Positions 19,761 through 29,988 of a DNA stretch of 64,000 nucleotides are shown here, one piece after another (position 1 is the stretch's first letter; each line of letters opens with the position of its first letter). The notes below the pieces were generated by a model, which worked only from the letters and a program-made list of their open reading frames with translations, was not told where the DNA came from and did not search any database. The stretch is taken from the NCBI GenBank assembly GCA_963804645.1, contig CAWDRG010000005.1, forward strand, positions 160,001 through 224,000. The letters run 5' to 3'. Source of the DNA: an uncultured Bacillota bacterium (GTDB lineage Bacteria; Sysuimicrobiota; Sysuimicrobiia; Sysuimicrobiales; Segetimicrobiaceae). A program made the position numbers and the translations under genes.

Positions 19761-20465
19761 GTGAAGATCACGGTTCGATTGTTCGCCTCGTACCGGGAAG
19801 CGGTCGGACACTCGGTCGTCGAGGTCCCGCTCGATCACGATGCCGACGGCCCGGCGATCTGGGCCGCGCTCGTCGCGCGCTACCCCCGGCTGGCTTCCCT
19901 CCCGGCTCCCTCCGGATACGCCGTGAACGACGAGTACACCCAGGCGCCCGGGCCGTTCCGGGAGTCGGACGAGGTCGCGCTGATCCCGCCGGTGAGCGGA
20001 GGAGAGGGACGCGTGCCGGCGACGCAAGCCCCCGTGGTCATGCTCACCGACGCCCCGATCTCCGTGGACGCGCTGCTCGGGGCGGTAGCGGACCCAAGCG
20101 CCGGAGCGGTCGTGCTGTTCCTCGGCGTCGTCCGCGACAACGCGCGCGGGCGGCGCGTCCAGCACCTGACCTACGAAGCCTACGACGTCCTCGCGCGCCG
20201 TGAGTTGGAGCGCATCGCGCACGAGGCCGCCGCGCGGTGGCCGATCACGCGCGTCGCGATCACGCACCGCACCGGACGGCTCGGCATCGGAGAGGCCAGC
20301 GTCGCGATCGCCGTCTCGGCCCCGCACCGTGACGCCGCGTTCGAGGCGGGGCGGTTCTGCATCGACTCGCTCAAGCTGACCGTGCCGATCTGGAAGAAAG
20401 AAATTTGGGACGGCGGAGCCGAGTGGATCGGCGCGGAGCCGCGCGCACGGGAGGGTCGCCAGTAA
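19761..20465 (+). CDS. moaX: Fused molybdopterin synthase MoaD-MoaE (MoaX-type)
   Basis: MoaD domain (VRLFA.YRE ... VALIPPVSGG) reads directly into MoaE (GAVVLFLGVVR, HR.G.L.IGE, PHR, VPIWKKE). Confidence 0.92.
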   Translation: MKITVRLFASYREAVGHSVVEVPLDHDADGPAIWAALVARYPRLASLPAPSGYAVNDEYTQAPGPFRESDEVALIPPVSGGEGRVPATQAPVVMLTDAPISVDALLGAVADPSAGAVVLFLGVVRDNARGRRVQHLTYEAYDVLARRELERIAHEAAARWPITRVAITHRTGRLGIGEASVAIAVSAPHRDAAFEAGRFCIDSLKLTVPIWKKEIWDGGAEWIGAEPRAREGRQ

Positions 20466-20753
20466 GACCCCTCCCTGGTCATGGCCACAGGGGTGAGGCA
20501 TTCGCTGGCCCGTTAGCCGGTGACACAATCATTGGCCTACGACACGTCGCGTGGGTAATGTCCTAACCATTAGCGCACTGCCGCTCGCGATGCTCGCTAT
20601 ACCGACGAGGAAGGACGGTCTGTTCGGTCCTCTTCCTACGTCCTCCGAGTCGCCTACGGCGACGTCCCACGAAAAACATCCCGGCGTACCATCACGTGTA
20701 AGACGATGGCGGACGTTCCACCCGCATCGCGGTTGGCAACCCGCGGGTGCTCT

Positions 20754-23700
20754 TCAGCCGCCGGTCGGCGCGTCGACCGCCCGCTCCAGGGCCAAGCGAT
20801 TGACCGCGGCGGCCTCGGTCGCGATGAACCGCTCCACGTCGCCGATCTCGGCATCGACGCGCGCCATGATCTCTTTCGAGACGGCCGCCGCCTGCTTCGT
20901 CGGCGCGGTATCGGAGAGAGACACGGTGTTGATCAGGTCCGTGAGGGTATCGTTGAGACCCGCGGGATTGCGCAGCACGTCGCGCTCCGACTCTCGATGA
21001 ACGTCCACCAGCACGGCTTCTGCCGCCGACAGCCGCTCCACCACGGCCGTGACCCGCTCGACAAAATCGCGTGCGCCGGTGTCCGATCCCGCGCCCAGCA
21101 CCGCAAATCGACGCTTCACCCGACGGATCTGATTGACCGTCGCATTGACCTTGCCGAGCGATGCCGTCAAGTCCCGCAACAGTTCGAACTGCTCGTGGTA
21201 CGCCTCCGGGGTCGTCGAGAGGCGCGGATCCTTGACGACCGAGAACTCGGCGGCCATCGTCTCCGAACCTAGCGTCATCTCCACACGGTATCGGCTCGGC
21301 ACGACCGTGGGTCCGCTCGGTCGGTCGGCCGGCTCCGACAGCGGCTTGTTGCGCGGCGGCGCAAGGCTGATATCGAGCGTCTCGGGCCCCGGATACTTGA
21401 GATCCCACACGAACCGATTGAGCCCGGCGCGCACCGACGGCCGCTTCGCGGCCGGCAGCGCCGTGTCGTCGCTGCGGAAGCTCGCGACCGCGGCTCCCGA
21501 GGCGTCACGGAACGTAAGCGAAACCGGGCCGGACACGCCGTCGTCGAGCCAGTAGTAGACGATCGCACCGTTCGGCGGATTCTCTCCGACATCGAGATAT
21601 TCGCGCCCGGTCGTCCCGTCCGGCCGGCGGAAGGTTCGGATGCCGCCGCCTATTCCGGAGGCAACCGCGAACGCGACGCCGCTCGGCCGGAGATTTCGCA
21701 GGGCGCCGAAATGCAGCTTGGTGCGCACCGTCGTGCGCGGCTCAAAGAGGCGAGACCCCCCTTGGCCGTCGGCGAGGCTTCTGAGCGGCGTGAGATCGTC
21801 CACGATCCAGAAGGAGCGGCCGTGGGTTGCGGCCACCAGATCCGCGCCCTTGATCTTCAGATCGTAGACCGGCACGACCGGCAGGCCCCCGCCCATGCGC
21901 GTCCAGCTGCGCCCGTCATTCAGGCTAAAATACACGCCGCTCTCGGTGCCGACGAACAACAGTCCCTTGCGCACCGGGTCCGCACGCACGACGCGGGTGA
22001 TCTCGGTCTTCGGGAAATCGCCGTTGATCAATTCGAAACGCCGCCCGCCGTCGGTGCTGCGGAACAGGTACGGACGGTAATCTGCGAGTTTGTAGCGCGT
22101 CGCCGCGAGATAGACCGTGTCTGGGTCGTGCGGCGAGATCTCGACACACCCCACATATGCGAGCTCCGGCATGTCCGGCGGCGTGACGTTCTGCCAGCTC
22201 TTGCCACCGTCTCGCGTCACATGCACGAGCCCGTCATCGGTCGACGCCCAGAGCTCGTCCGGCCGGTGCGGCGATGGGGCGACCGACGCGCATGTCGCAT
22301 GCACCTCCGCCCCGGCGCTTTCATGCGTGATGTCGCCGCCGGAATGCCCCTGACGGCTCTTCTCGTTGAGGCTCAAGTCCGGTGAAATTTCCTCCCAGCT
22401 CATGCCCTCGTTGCGGCTGCGAAACACGTGGTTCCCGCCCGCGTAGAGGACGCCGCTGTCGTGCGGAGAGAAGACGATCGGGAACGTCCAGGCGAAGCGG
22501 TATCGCATGTCCTTGGGTGCGATGCCGGTTGATTCCTCGGGCCAGACATTGACCAGCTGGATCTGCCCGGTACGGTGATCGTACCGCTGCAGCGCTCCGG
22601 CGCCGCCGGGACTCGAGCCAATCGCGCCGCAAAACACCACGCCCGGGTCCTCGGGTTTGACGGCGATAAAGCCGCTTTCTCCGGTGCCTGGGTAGGTGCA
22701 GTCGCCGAGGGTGATCGCGCCCCAGGCAGCCGCGCTCGGCACCGAGATCGAGGTGTTGTCCTGCTGCGTGCCGTAGACTCGGTACGGATACTGGTTGTCG
22801 ATGTCGATACGATAGAACTGCGCCGTCGGCTGATTGTAGATCGACGACCACGTCTCGCCGCCGTTGACGCTGACGCAGGCGCCGCCGTCGTTTCCCTCGA
22901 CCATCCGGTTCGGATCGGCAGGATCGATCCAGAGATCATGGTTGTCGCCGTGCGGCGTCGGGATCTCGGTGAAGCCGCTCCCGCCGTCGGTCGATTTCCA
23001 AAGCGCGAGATTGGCGACGTAGACCGTCTCGCCGTGGCAGGGGTCGGCGAAGACATGCGTGTAGTACCAGGGCCGATGCATGAGGTCGCGATTGGACGAG
23101 ACGAGCGCCCAGCTCTCGCCGTAATCCTCCGATCGGTACAGTCCCGTCTTCTCGGCTTCCGTCTCGACGAGCGCCCAGACGCGGCCCGCGCGGGCCGGCG
23201 ACACCGCAACGCCGATCTTGCCGAGGGCGCCCGCCGGCAGACCCGGATACCGTGAGATCTCCGTCCAGCTGTCGCCGCCATCCGTCGAGCGAAACAAGCC
23301 GCTTCCTGGCCCTCCGCTCGACAGGTTCCAGAAGTTCCGGCGCGTCTGCCAGAAGGCCGCAAACAGGATGCGGGGATTGTTCGGGTCCATCGACAGATCA
23401 ACGGCGCCCGAGTCGGCGTCTCGATAGAGCACCTTGCTCCAGGTCTTTCCGCCGTCCGCTGATCGGAATACCCCGCGTTCCTCGTTCGCGCCGAACGCAT
23501 CGCCGAGCGCGGCGACATAGACGAGATCGGGATCTTGTGGATGGATGCGGATGCGCCCTATAAACCGGGTCTCGCGGAGACCGAGGTGGCTCCAGGTGCG
23601 GCCGGCATCGGTCGACTTGTACACCCCGTCGCCATAGGAGACATCGAGCCGGATCGCGGTTTCCCCGGTGCCGGCATAAATCACGTTGGGATCCGACGGC

Positions 23701-23933
23701 GCGACGGCGAGCGCGCCAATCGCGGCCGAGCCGAGATAGCCGTCGCTCACGCAGCGCCAGTACGTGCCGCTGTCGGTCGTCTTCCAGACACCGCCGGCGC
23801 AGGCGCCGAAATAGAACACGTTGCGGTCTTCGGGATCACCCGCGACGGCGACAACGCGGCCGCCGCGCGGCGGCCCGATGCAGCGCCATTTGAGGGCGTC
23901 GAGTTTCACCGTCGAACCGGAGAGCTCTGCCAT
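20754..23933 (-). CDS. Vps10/BNR-repeat beta-propeller glycosyl hydrolase-like protein
   Basis: WR.IGP.RGGR, many S.DGG.TW Asp-boxes, ATHGRSFW, NPP.GA...Y; no evident signal peptide. Confidence 0.9.
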   Translation of the reverse strand: MAELSGSTVKLDALKWRCIGPPRGGRVVAVAGDPEDRNVFYFGACAGGVWKTTDSGTYWRCVSDGYLGSAAIGALAVAPSDPNVIYAGTGETAIRLDVSYGDGVYKSTDAGRTWSHLGLRETRFIGRIRIHPQDPDLVYVAALGDAFGANEERGVFRSADGGKTWSKVLYRDADSGAVDLSMDPNNPRILFAAFWQTRRNFWNLSSGGPGSGLFRSTDGGDSWTEISRYPGLPAGALGKIGVAVSPARAGRVWALVETEAEKTGLYRSEDYGESWALVSSNRDLMHRPWYYTHVFADPCHGETVYVANLALWKSTDGGSGFTEIPTPHGDNHDLWIDPADPNRMVEGNDGGACVSVNGGETWSSIYNQPTAQFYRIDIDNQYPYRVYGTQQDNTSISVPSAAAWGAITLGDCTYPGTGESGFIAVKPEDPGVVFCGAIGSSPGGAGALQRYDHRTGQIQLVNVWPEESTGIAPKDMRYRFAWTFPIVFSPHDSGVLYAGGNHVFRSRNEGMSWEEISPDLSLNEKSRQGHSGGDITHESAGAEVHATCASVAPSPHRPDELWASTDDGLVHVTRDGGKSWQNVTPPDMPELAYVGCVEISPHDPDTVYLAATRYKLADYRPYLFRSTDGGRRFELINGDFPKTEITRVVRADPVRKGLLFVGTESGVYFSLNDGRSWTRMGGGLPVVPVYDLKIKGADLVAATHGRSFWIVDDLTPLRSLADGQGGSRLFEPRTTVRTKLHFGALRNLRPSGVAFAVASGIGGGIRTFRRPDGTTGREYLDVGENPPNGAIVYYWLDDGVSGPVSLTFRDASGAAVASFRSDDTALPAAKRPSVRAGLNRFVWDLKYPGPETLDISLAPPRNKPLSEPADRPSGPTVVPSRYRVEMTLGSETMAAEFSVVKDPRLSTTPEAYHEQFELLRDLTASLGKVNATVNQIRRVKRRFAVLGAGSDTGARDFVERVTAVVERLSAAEAVLVDVHRESERDVLRNPAGLNDTLTDLINTVSLSDTAPTKQAAAVSKEIMARVDAEIGDVERFIATEAAAVNRLALERAVDAPTGG

Positions 23934-24016
23934 GTCGCTTGTCCCCCAGCCACTCTAACAGCGGCTTGCCGCCTCTGCCACGGGGCTTGGCCCGGTTAAG
24001 GCGCGGAGCCGATGGA

Positions 24017-24271
24017 CTACGTGGACCGCTGGATTGCGGCGGCCGGTGCCCGGTTCCATTCGGCGCGGGCCGCCGACAGGAGCGCAACCGTCACGACGAA
24101 CAGCCCGCAGACGATCAGCCACTCGACGGCGCCGCTGTGCTGATCCGGATCCCAACCGACGGTGTTCTCTATCCAGTCCCGCCAAAAGATCGTGGCGAGG
24201 AACGAGAGCCCGGTTAGAGCGCCCATGCCCGTCTCGACCCAGAAGCGGAACGGCAAGCTCCTGTTCATCAT
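24017..24271 (-). CDS. Small two-TM hypothetical protein
   Basis: GGGGAGG RBS; two hydrophobic helices flanking WRDWIE..GWDPD.HSG.VEW. Confidence 0.75.
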   Translation of the reverse strand: MMNRSLPFRFWVETGMGALTGLSFLATIFWRDWIENTVGWDPDQHSGAVEWLIVCGLFVVTVALLSAARAEWNRAPAAAIQRST

Positions 24272-24607
24272 AACCTCCCCGTCATGCGGTGATGTCGCGC
24301 GAGACATACTACACGCTGCATCCGCTCGACGCGCGACTTGCGTCTGCCGAGGAAAAGGTTCAGGGGCGGGTGAACCCGCTCCTGCCTCCGGCGGACCACC
24401 TCGAACGAACCGAGGCTTCCGGTGATATCTGTGTCGCTGCCGCCCGCGTTCCCGCTGTCTCGCGGGTCACCAATGTCGCGGTGCGAGTTCTCTGGGGACC
24501 GGTCCGGCGAAGGCCGACGCCGCAAGGGTGAACTGGCGCGCCGACGAGCGCGTATGCTACACTAAGCAGACGTCAGTGTGCGAGTCTGCCGCGGAGCGTT
24601 ACATCCG

Positions 24608-25285
24608 ATGACCCAACTGGAACGTTCTACCCGCACTACCGCTGTGCTGGCCGCCCTCGTGCTGCTCGCCAGCCTGCTCGCCGGGCCGCTCGTCCGGGCC
24701 GGCGCGGCGCCTGCCGGATCCTCATGGAAGGCGCTGATCCCGCCGCTCAAGGCCCAGATCACGGCCCACCCGGATCCCGAACTCGAGTTCAGGCTGGCCA
24801 TGGTCTATGCGCACGAGGGCATGCTGATCGACGGCTGGCACATCCTCAAGCAGATCGATCAGGCGATCGGCGGACAGAGCCATCATCAGGAGCTGGAGCA
24901 GCGGATCACCGCGGACGCCTCGGCGGCGATTCAGCGCGATCCGCACGATCTGGTCGATCGATACGAGCTGGCGTTTGCCACGTGGGTCGGCGGCAACACC
25001 ACGACGCCGTTTCAGCAGTTTCTCGAGATCACGCGGCAGGACCCGATGAACGCGATGAACCACGGGTATCTCGGATACATCTACTCGACGCACAACGATG
25101 CGAAGAACACGATCGCGCAGTGGGAAGAGAGCGTGCGGCTGGACCCGAGCAACAGCGTGCTCCACTACATGCTCGGCTCCGCGTATTACCGGACGGGCCG
25201 GACGCGCGATGCGGCGATCCAGTTCAACCTCGCCTACCGCGACCGCACCCTCTACAACTACATCACGCGCGGCGAAGAACCGTAG
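24608..25285 (+). CDS. Exported TPR-repeat protein
   Basis: Signal peptide; TPR-like H..LG..Y ... A..LDP helices; extended -10 TGCTACACT at 24555-24563. Confidence 0.85.
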   Translation: MTQLERSTRTTAVLAALVLLASLLAGPLVRAGAAPAGSSWKALIPPLKAQITAHPDPELEFRLAMVYAHEGMLIDGWHILKQIDQAIGGQSHHQELEQRITADASAAIQRDPHDLVDRYELAFATWVGGNTTTPFQQFLEITRQDPMNAMNHGYLGYIYSTHNDAKNTIAQWEESVRLDPSNSVLHYMLGSAYYRTGRTRDAAIQFNLAYRDRTLYNYITRGEEP

Positions 25286-25368
25286 AACCCCGCGCGGGAT
25301 CCGAGCAGCGGGCACACGAAGAGCGCGGCTGAGCTGACCGGTTCAGATCCGAGCCCGGCGCTGGCTCT

Positions 25369-26208
25369 CTACGGATGGGCGACCGACGCCACCGCGTCCG
25401 CCTGGACCCACGGCAGCGAGGATGACGCCGTCCCGAGCCCCGGCGGGGGCCCATCGTAGAACGACCCGCTGACGCGGACCGCGTCTCCCACGGCAAGCGC
25501 CGAACGACCCCACACCAGCACCGCCACCGCGGCGTCCCCGTCGCGGAGCGTCAGCGCGGTGTATGCCGTTCCGTCAGCCGTCGTGGCCGCGTGGACCGCG
25601 GCGACGACCCCGGTGACCGTGACCACCTGCCGGTCGAATCGATCGGGGGACAGCGCGAGATCACGAATCGTGTTGTGCGGCACCGTCGCATTCGTCACCA
25701 CCGGTGCCGCAGGCGGCGCCGGCGGCGCCACACCGCCGTACCCGTCCGGAGTTGGCGTCACCGACGTGGAGAGCGAACCGTATCCGTACCCGTACCCGAC
25801 CGAGTACCCGTACCCGGGCGCGTACCCGTACCCGGGCGCGTACGGATACACCGGATACGGCGGAAGCTGCCCGGGCGTCTGCTGACAGATGACGACCGGC
25901 TGCGCCGCCGTCCCCCGGGCGGGAATCGCGCTCCCGACCAGCTGCGCGTTCGGAAACGCGATCGCGTCCAAGATCGTCGGCGTGGGCCCAGTCTGAGCGC
26001 GGCTGGTCGTCGTCACTGTGACGACCTGCGGGTGTTGGTTGACGACCGTCACCGTCGCGGGCGGCGGCACCACCACCGCGGTGCACGGCGTCCCGGGGAC
26101 GGTGGTCGTCGTGGTGGTCACGGTCTGCGTCCAGCCCGCGGTCGCGAACAGCCCCGCGGCCAGCGTGGCCGCCACCATCATTCCCGCCGTCTTCGTCCGG
26201 CTGCGCAT
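25369..26208 (-). CDS. Exported protein with T/P/Y/G-rich linker and C-terminal OB-fold-like domain
   Basis: Signal peptide, YAPGYG repeats, P..F....VTV.G.V ... GD.V.V.G OB pattern; GGAGG RBS. Confidence 0.7.
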   Translation of the reverse strand: MRSRTKTAGMMVAATLAAGLFATAGWTQTVTTTTTTVPGTPCTAVVVPPPATVTVVNQHPQVVTVTTTSRAQTGPTPTILDAIAFPNAQLVGSAIPARGTAAQPVVICQQTPGQLPPYPVYPYAPGYGYAPGYGYSVGYGYGYGSLSTSVTPTPDGYGGVAPPAPPAAPVVTNATVPHNTIRDLALSPDRFDRQVVTVTGVVAAVHAATTADGTAYTALTLRDGDAAVAVLVWGRSALAVGDAVRVSGSFYDGPPPGLGTASSSLPWVQADAVASVAHP

Positions 26209-26239
26209 CGCGAGCCACCTCCGTCCCACCTTCAGTGTA

Positions 26240-26650
26240 TCACACACCTCGCCGCGCGCGTGCGCGCGCGGCTCGCATGAACCGGATCGCGCCGCGCACC
26301 ACTACGGCACCCACCCCACCCGCGATCGCGGCGGGCATCCACACGGTGCCCTGGAACAGAAGAAACAGACCCGCCTCGCCGAATGGATGGGCGCCCTGCA
26401 GCACCCCGATCACGCTGTCGACGCCGATCCGCGCCCACACGGCCGCCACCGCCGCAAGGAGCGCCAGCACCGGGTGCTGCCGGACGGCTCCCGCCGCGGC
26501 CGCGCCGCACAGGAATGGCGACACCGAGGGCAGCGACGCCGCGGCCGGGACCACCGCGATAACGAGAGGGCTGGACCCGAGCAGGTCCAGCCCCTCGAAC
26601 ACGATCACCCCCGCGGCGACCGCGGCGCCCCAGCGTGCCGCCGCGTGCAA
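26240..26650 (-). CDS. Hypothetical membrane protein
   Basis: Four hydrophobic segments; abuts aldolase stop. Confidence 0.6.
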   Translation of the reverse strand: MHAAARWGAAVAAGVIVFEGLDLLGSSPLVIAVVPAAASLPSVSPFLCGAAAAGAVRQHPVLALLAAVAAVWARIGVDSVIGVLQGAHPFGEAGLFLLFQGTVWMPAAIAGGVGAVVVRGAIRFMRAARARARRGV

Positions 26651-27559
26651 CTAGGCGGTCTCCAGCATGATCCGCTTGAGCTCGGCGGTGATGCGCAGCG
26701 CGTCGGGCATCGCCCGCTGCCACATGTTGCGGCCGAAGATCAACCCGACGGCGCCGGCCTCCATGCACTCGCGGGCCTTCTGCAGCAGGTCCTGATCCCC
26801 CATCTTGCTGCCCCCGCTGAACAGCACGAGCGTCCGGCCGGCGCTGCGCACCACGCGCTCGACGGCCTCGCGGTGCCCGAGCTGGAGGGTATTGTAGGGC
26901 TTCGGCGACGCCGCCTGCGTCTTCTCGTCGAACTCGGGCACGTTCAGCTTCACGATGTCGGCGCCCATCTCGCAGGCGACCCGCGCCGCGTAATCCACGG
27001 CGTACAGACTGTCGCGCCCGCCCTTTTTGTCGATCGCCTCGCCGCGCGGATACGCCCACACGATAAGCGGCATCCCGCAAGCGTCGCACGCCCGCCGGAC
27101 CTCGCTCAACTGCCGCATGTCGTCGGTCTGACGCGGCGAACCGACGTACAGCGTGTACCCCACCGCGTCCGCCCCGAGCCGCACGCCGTCCTCGACGAAG
27201 CCCGTGAGGCCGCTGAACGCCTGGGCGTCCGACGGGATGTTCGTCTTGCCGTTCAGCTTCAGAATGAGCGGCACTTGGCCCGCGTACGGACGCATGTGCT
27301 TCTCGGCGATCCCGTAGTGAAACGCGACGGCCGAGTACCCGCCGTCGACGCACAGCTTCAGCTGAAACTCGGGATCCGCGCTGTCCGGGTTGGCGAAGAA
27401 ATCCACGGGACCGTGCTCCAGCCCCTGGTCGATCGGGAGGATCAGCGCGACTCCGTGCCCGGGCCCGTGCTCGTACAGGATCCGGTGCAGCCGGGTCTTC
27501 TTACCGATCGGCAGGTCCATCTCGTCGAGCGTCGGGCGCCTCACGCGCTGGACTACCAT
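26651..27559 (-). CDS. fbaB: Class I fructose-bisphosphate aldolase (DhnA/FbaB family)
   Basis: LPIDQGLEHGP, LKLNGK, WAYPRG, GADIVK, FSGG, IFGRN; GGAGG RBS. Confidence 0.9.
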   Translation of the reverse strand: MVVQRVRRPTLDEMDLPIGKKTRLHRILYEHGPGHGVALILPIDQGLEHGPVDFFANPDSADPEFQLKLCVDGGYSAVAFHYGIAEKHMRPYAGQVPLILKLNGKTNIPSDAQAFSGLTGFVEDGVRLGADAVGYTLYVGSPRQTDDMRQLSEVRRACDACGMPLIVWAYPRGEAIDKKGGRDSLYAVDYAARVACEMGADIVKLNVPEFDEKTQAASPKPYNTLQLGHREAVERVVRSAGRTLVLFSGGSKMGDQDLLQKARECMEAGAVGLIFGRNMWQRAMPDALRITAELKRIMLETA

Positions 27560-27609
27560 CGTCTCCACCTCCTGGGCATCATCCCGGGGCGCCGGCCGCG
27601 GCGCCCGGG

Positions 27610-28476
27610 TCAGGGATTCGTGGCGTCGCCGAGATTGTTGAAGTGCACCTTGGTCGTCCCGACCGCGATCATGCGGCGCGTCGCGTAGTAGATCGTCACC
27701 CGATCGGCCCACAGCGTCCCTTGGCTGCGGACCATCACCACACGGCCCGTGAGCACCGCCACGGCGGTGGTGAAGTCCACCGTCGCGTTGTCACTCGTCA
27801 CCGTGGCCCCGTACACGTCCGCGCGGACGGGCCCGTGGACGGTGGCCCGGTTGTCCTTGCGGAACAGTTCGATCCAATCCCCCTGCATCCGGCCCGCCTT
27901 GTTCGCGATCACCGGCTGTCCGGTGATCACCCCGTACTCGTCACGCTGGTTGTAGACAAGCCGACCGCCGTTGATGATGAGGTCGGGCGCGGAAAACGCC
28001 GTCACGTGCCCGTCCGCGACCAGCCGGCCAGCCGGCCGGTCGGCTTGGATCGAGTCCGCGGAAAGCGCATACTGCGGCGTCTGCACGCCGGCGCCGCCGA
28101 CGAGGGTCACGCGGGTCACCTCGTTCTCGGCGCTCAGGTCGAGCGTCACATGGTCCGCGGCCGCCTGCCCCTCCGGGCCGACGATCGTGACGTGCCCCGA
28201 GAGCTCCGCCGTGCGGGCCCCGCGGGTGAGACGGAGCGAGTCCGACGTGGCGACGTCGGCGCCGTACGTCACGCGGACGTGCCCGGTGGCGACGAGCGAC
28301 GAGCCGGTGTTGTCGACCGTCACCTCGTCCGCCGTCAGGTGCAGCGGGTACGCCAGCGGGGCAGGCGCGCCTCCGGTGGCCGCCGCGAGGCCCGACGGTG
28401 CCGCGGCGCCCACCGCGAGGCCGGACGCCAAGAGCGTCGCGACGGTCCACCGCACGACGCGGCGGAGGCCCGTCAC
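27610..28476 (-). CDS. LptA/OstA-family beta-jellyroll exported protein
   Basis: Signal peptide; repeated L.AD....A.GHV.V OstA units. Confidence 0.8.
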   Translation of the reverse strand: MTGLRRVVRWTVATLLASGLAVGAAAPSGLAAATGGAPAPLAYPLHLTADEVTVDNTGSSLVATGHVRVTYGADVATSDSLRLTRGARTAELSGHVTIVGPEGQAAADHVTLDLSAENEVTRVTLVGGAGVQTPQYALSADSIQADRPAGRLVADGHVTAFSAPDLIINGGRLVYNQRDEYGVITGQPVIANKAGRMQGDWIELFRKDNRATVHGPVRADVYGATVTSDNATVDFTTAVAVLTGRVVMVRSQGTLWADRVTIYYATRRMIAVGTTKVHFNNLGDATNP

Positions 28477-29000
28477 GGCACCGCCGCCTCCGGCGCCGAC
28501 CGCCGGCACGCCTCGCAGTACCCGTGAAACTCGAGCCGGTGGCTCACCACCGAGAACGCGCCGTCAGTCAGCGTATTCTGCTCGCGCTCGAGGATGCGCC
28601 CAACGTCTCCCCGGGGCAAATCCACGACCGCGCCGCAGCGGAGACAGGTCCCGTGATAATGAGGCTCGGGATTCGCGCAGAACACGCTTCGACCGTCTCC
28701 GTAGGTGAGCCGTCGCACGATGCCGAGCCGTCCGAGCAGATCTAAACTGCGGTACGTGGTCGCGAGATTCACCGTCGGACACAGGGTTCTCGCTCTTCGG
28801 CAGATCTCCTCGGCCGGCACGTTCGCGCGCCCGGCCCCGACCAGCGACTCAAGGATCGCGCGGCGCTGCGGCGTCGCGCGGTACCCCTGCCGCTCCATCG
28901 TCCGCAGATGATCGGCGGCGGTGCTCGGCGCACGCCGCGGTCCGGTGCGCCGCCGGCGCTCCCGGTGGATGGGCGTCGCGCGGGCCGCCCGGATGGTCAT
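28473..29000 (-). CDS. Fur-family transcriptional regulator
   Basis: R.TPQRRAIL, ATTYRSL, HYH..C..CG, GYC..C; start uncertain. Confidence 0.9.
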   Translation of the reverse strand: MTIRAARATPIHRERRRRTGPRRAPSTAADHLRTMERQGYRATPQRRAILESLVGAGRANVPAEEICRRARTLCPTVNLATTYRSLDLLGRLGIVRRLTYGDGRSVFCANPEPHYHGTCLRCGAVVDLPRGDVGRILEREQNTLTDGAFSVVSHRLEFHGYCEACRRSAPEAAVP

Positions 29001-29123
29001 GCCGTCTCCGTGTTTCGGCACTCCCGTCTCACCCCTGTTGACGGTGGGGGCACGCACCCCACCACCGCGTCCGGCCGTGTGTGGCCCACGCTCGATCCGA
29101 CCGGGCTCCGACGGCCGTGGCGC

Positions 29124-29975
29124 TCACGACCGTTCGCGGGGCCCGCGCGCCTTGTCCACGGGTGCCTCTCCGGCCGGCGCGACCGCGGGCGGCTGCCCGC
29201 CGTGCTGCTCTTCCCACATCGCGTCCAGACGTCGATACTTCTCCGGAAACTCTCCGGTGTACCGCAGCCACGCCGGGATCGGATAGCGCACGCCGCCCCG
29301 CTGCGTCCCGGCGAGACCCTCGACCAATTCGTCCGCCATCGTCCACGGGATGGTGAACGCCATCTCGTGGTCCTCGGTCTGGCCGTAGATCCGGTCACCG
29401 TAACACGGGAGAATGACCTGCGGCATCCCGGACTGCATCGTCTCGATCACCGCGTCCGCGCAGTCGAGGCGCGCGGAGAACCCGCTCTGGAGCCGTCCGC
29501 CGCGGCGGTAGAGCGCCGCGGCGACGAGGCGCATCACTTGGGCCGAGTTGCCGTACACCAACACCACGTGGGGCTCGAACTTGGCCCGTCCGAGCGGCCC
29601 GATCAGGATCCGCTCGTACTCGCCGAACCCGAACTTCGGCACGTCGGCCTCCGTGCGCACGGCCGCCTCCGGGGTCGCCACGTACATCCCGCAGGCCAGG
29701 TTCCCCTCCGCGTAGTACGGCAGCACCGGCTCGAAGCCAAATGCCGTCTTGGCAAGCGGGCAGCTCAGATCGTCCCGCCCCACCCCCACGGTCCAGCCGT
29801 AGCGCCGCGCGATCGAAAACGTTTGGCAGATCGCCACGCGGATGCCGAGGTCTCGGCTCGGAATCCGGGCGTTCTCAGGCAGCGGCTCGCCGGCGCGCAC
29901 CATTCGGATTCCGACCGGGAAGGTCTGGGGCCGGACGTGCGTTTCGATCTCGGTGTTCAGCGTGGCCGGGTCCAT
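29124..29975 (-). CDS. DUF169 domain protein
   Basis: TFPVG, CQ....ARRYGW, SC......G, P.VV..Y....Q.MRL, PC.GDR.....ED.E. Confidence 0.8.
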   Translation of the reverse strand: MDPATLNTEIETHVRPQTFPVGIRMVRAGEPLPENARIPSRDLGIRVAICQTFSIARRYGWTVGVGRDDLSCPLAKTAFGFEPVLPYYAEGNLACGMYVATPEAAVRTEADVPKFGFGEYERILIGPLGRAKFEPHVVLVYGNSAQVMRLVAAALYRRGGRLQSGFSARLDCADAVIETMQSGMPQVILPCYGDRIYGQTEDHEMAFTIPWTMADELVEGLAGTQRGGVRYPIPAWLRYTGEFPEKYRRLDAMWEEQHGGQPPAVAPAGEAPVDKARGPRERS

Positions 29976-29988
29976 GATCTGCGGCTCC

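Noticed and set aside
20466..20750. Small gene or RNA between moaX and the Vps10 gene
   Set aside because: No convincing ORF, RBS or recognisable RNA structure
25779..25858. Tandem DNA repeat GTACCCGTACCCGGGCGC
   Set aside because: Encodes the YAPGYG low-complexity linker; a coding repeat
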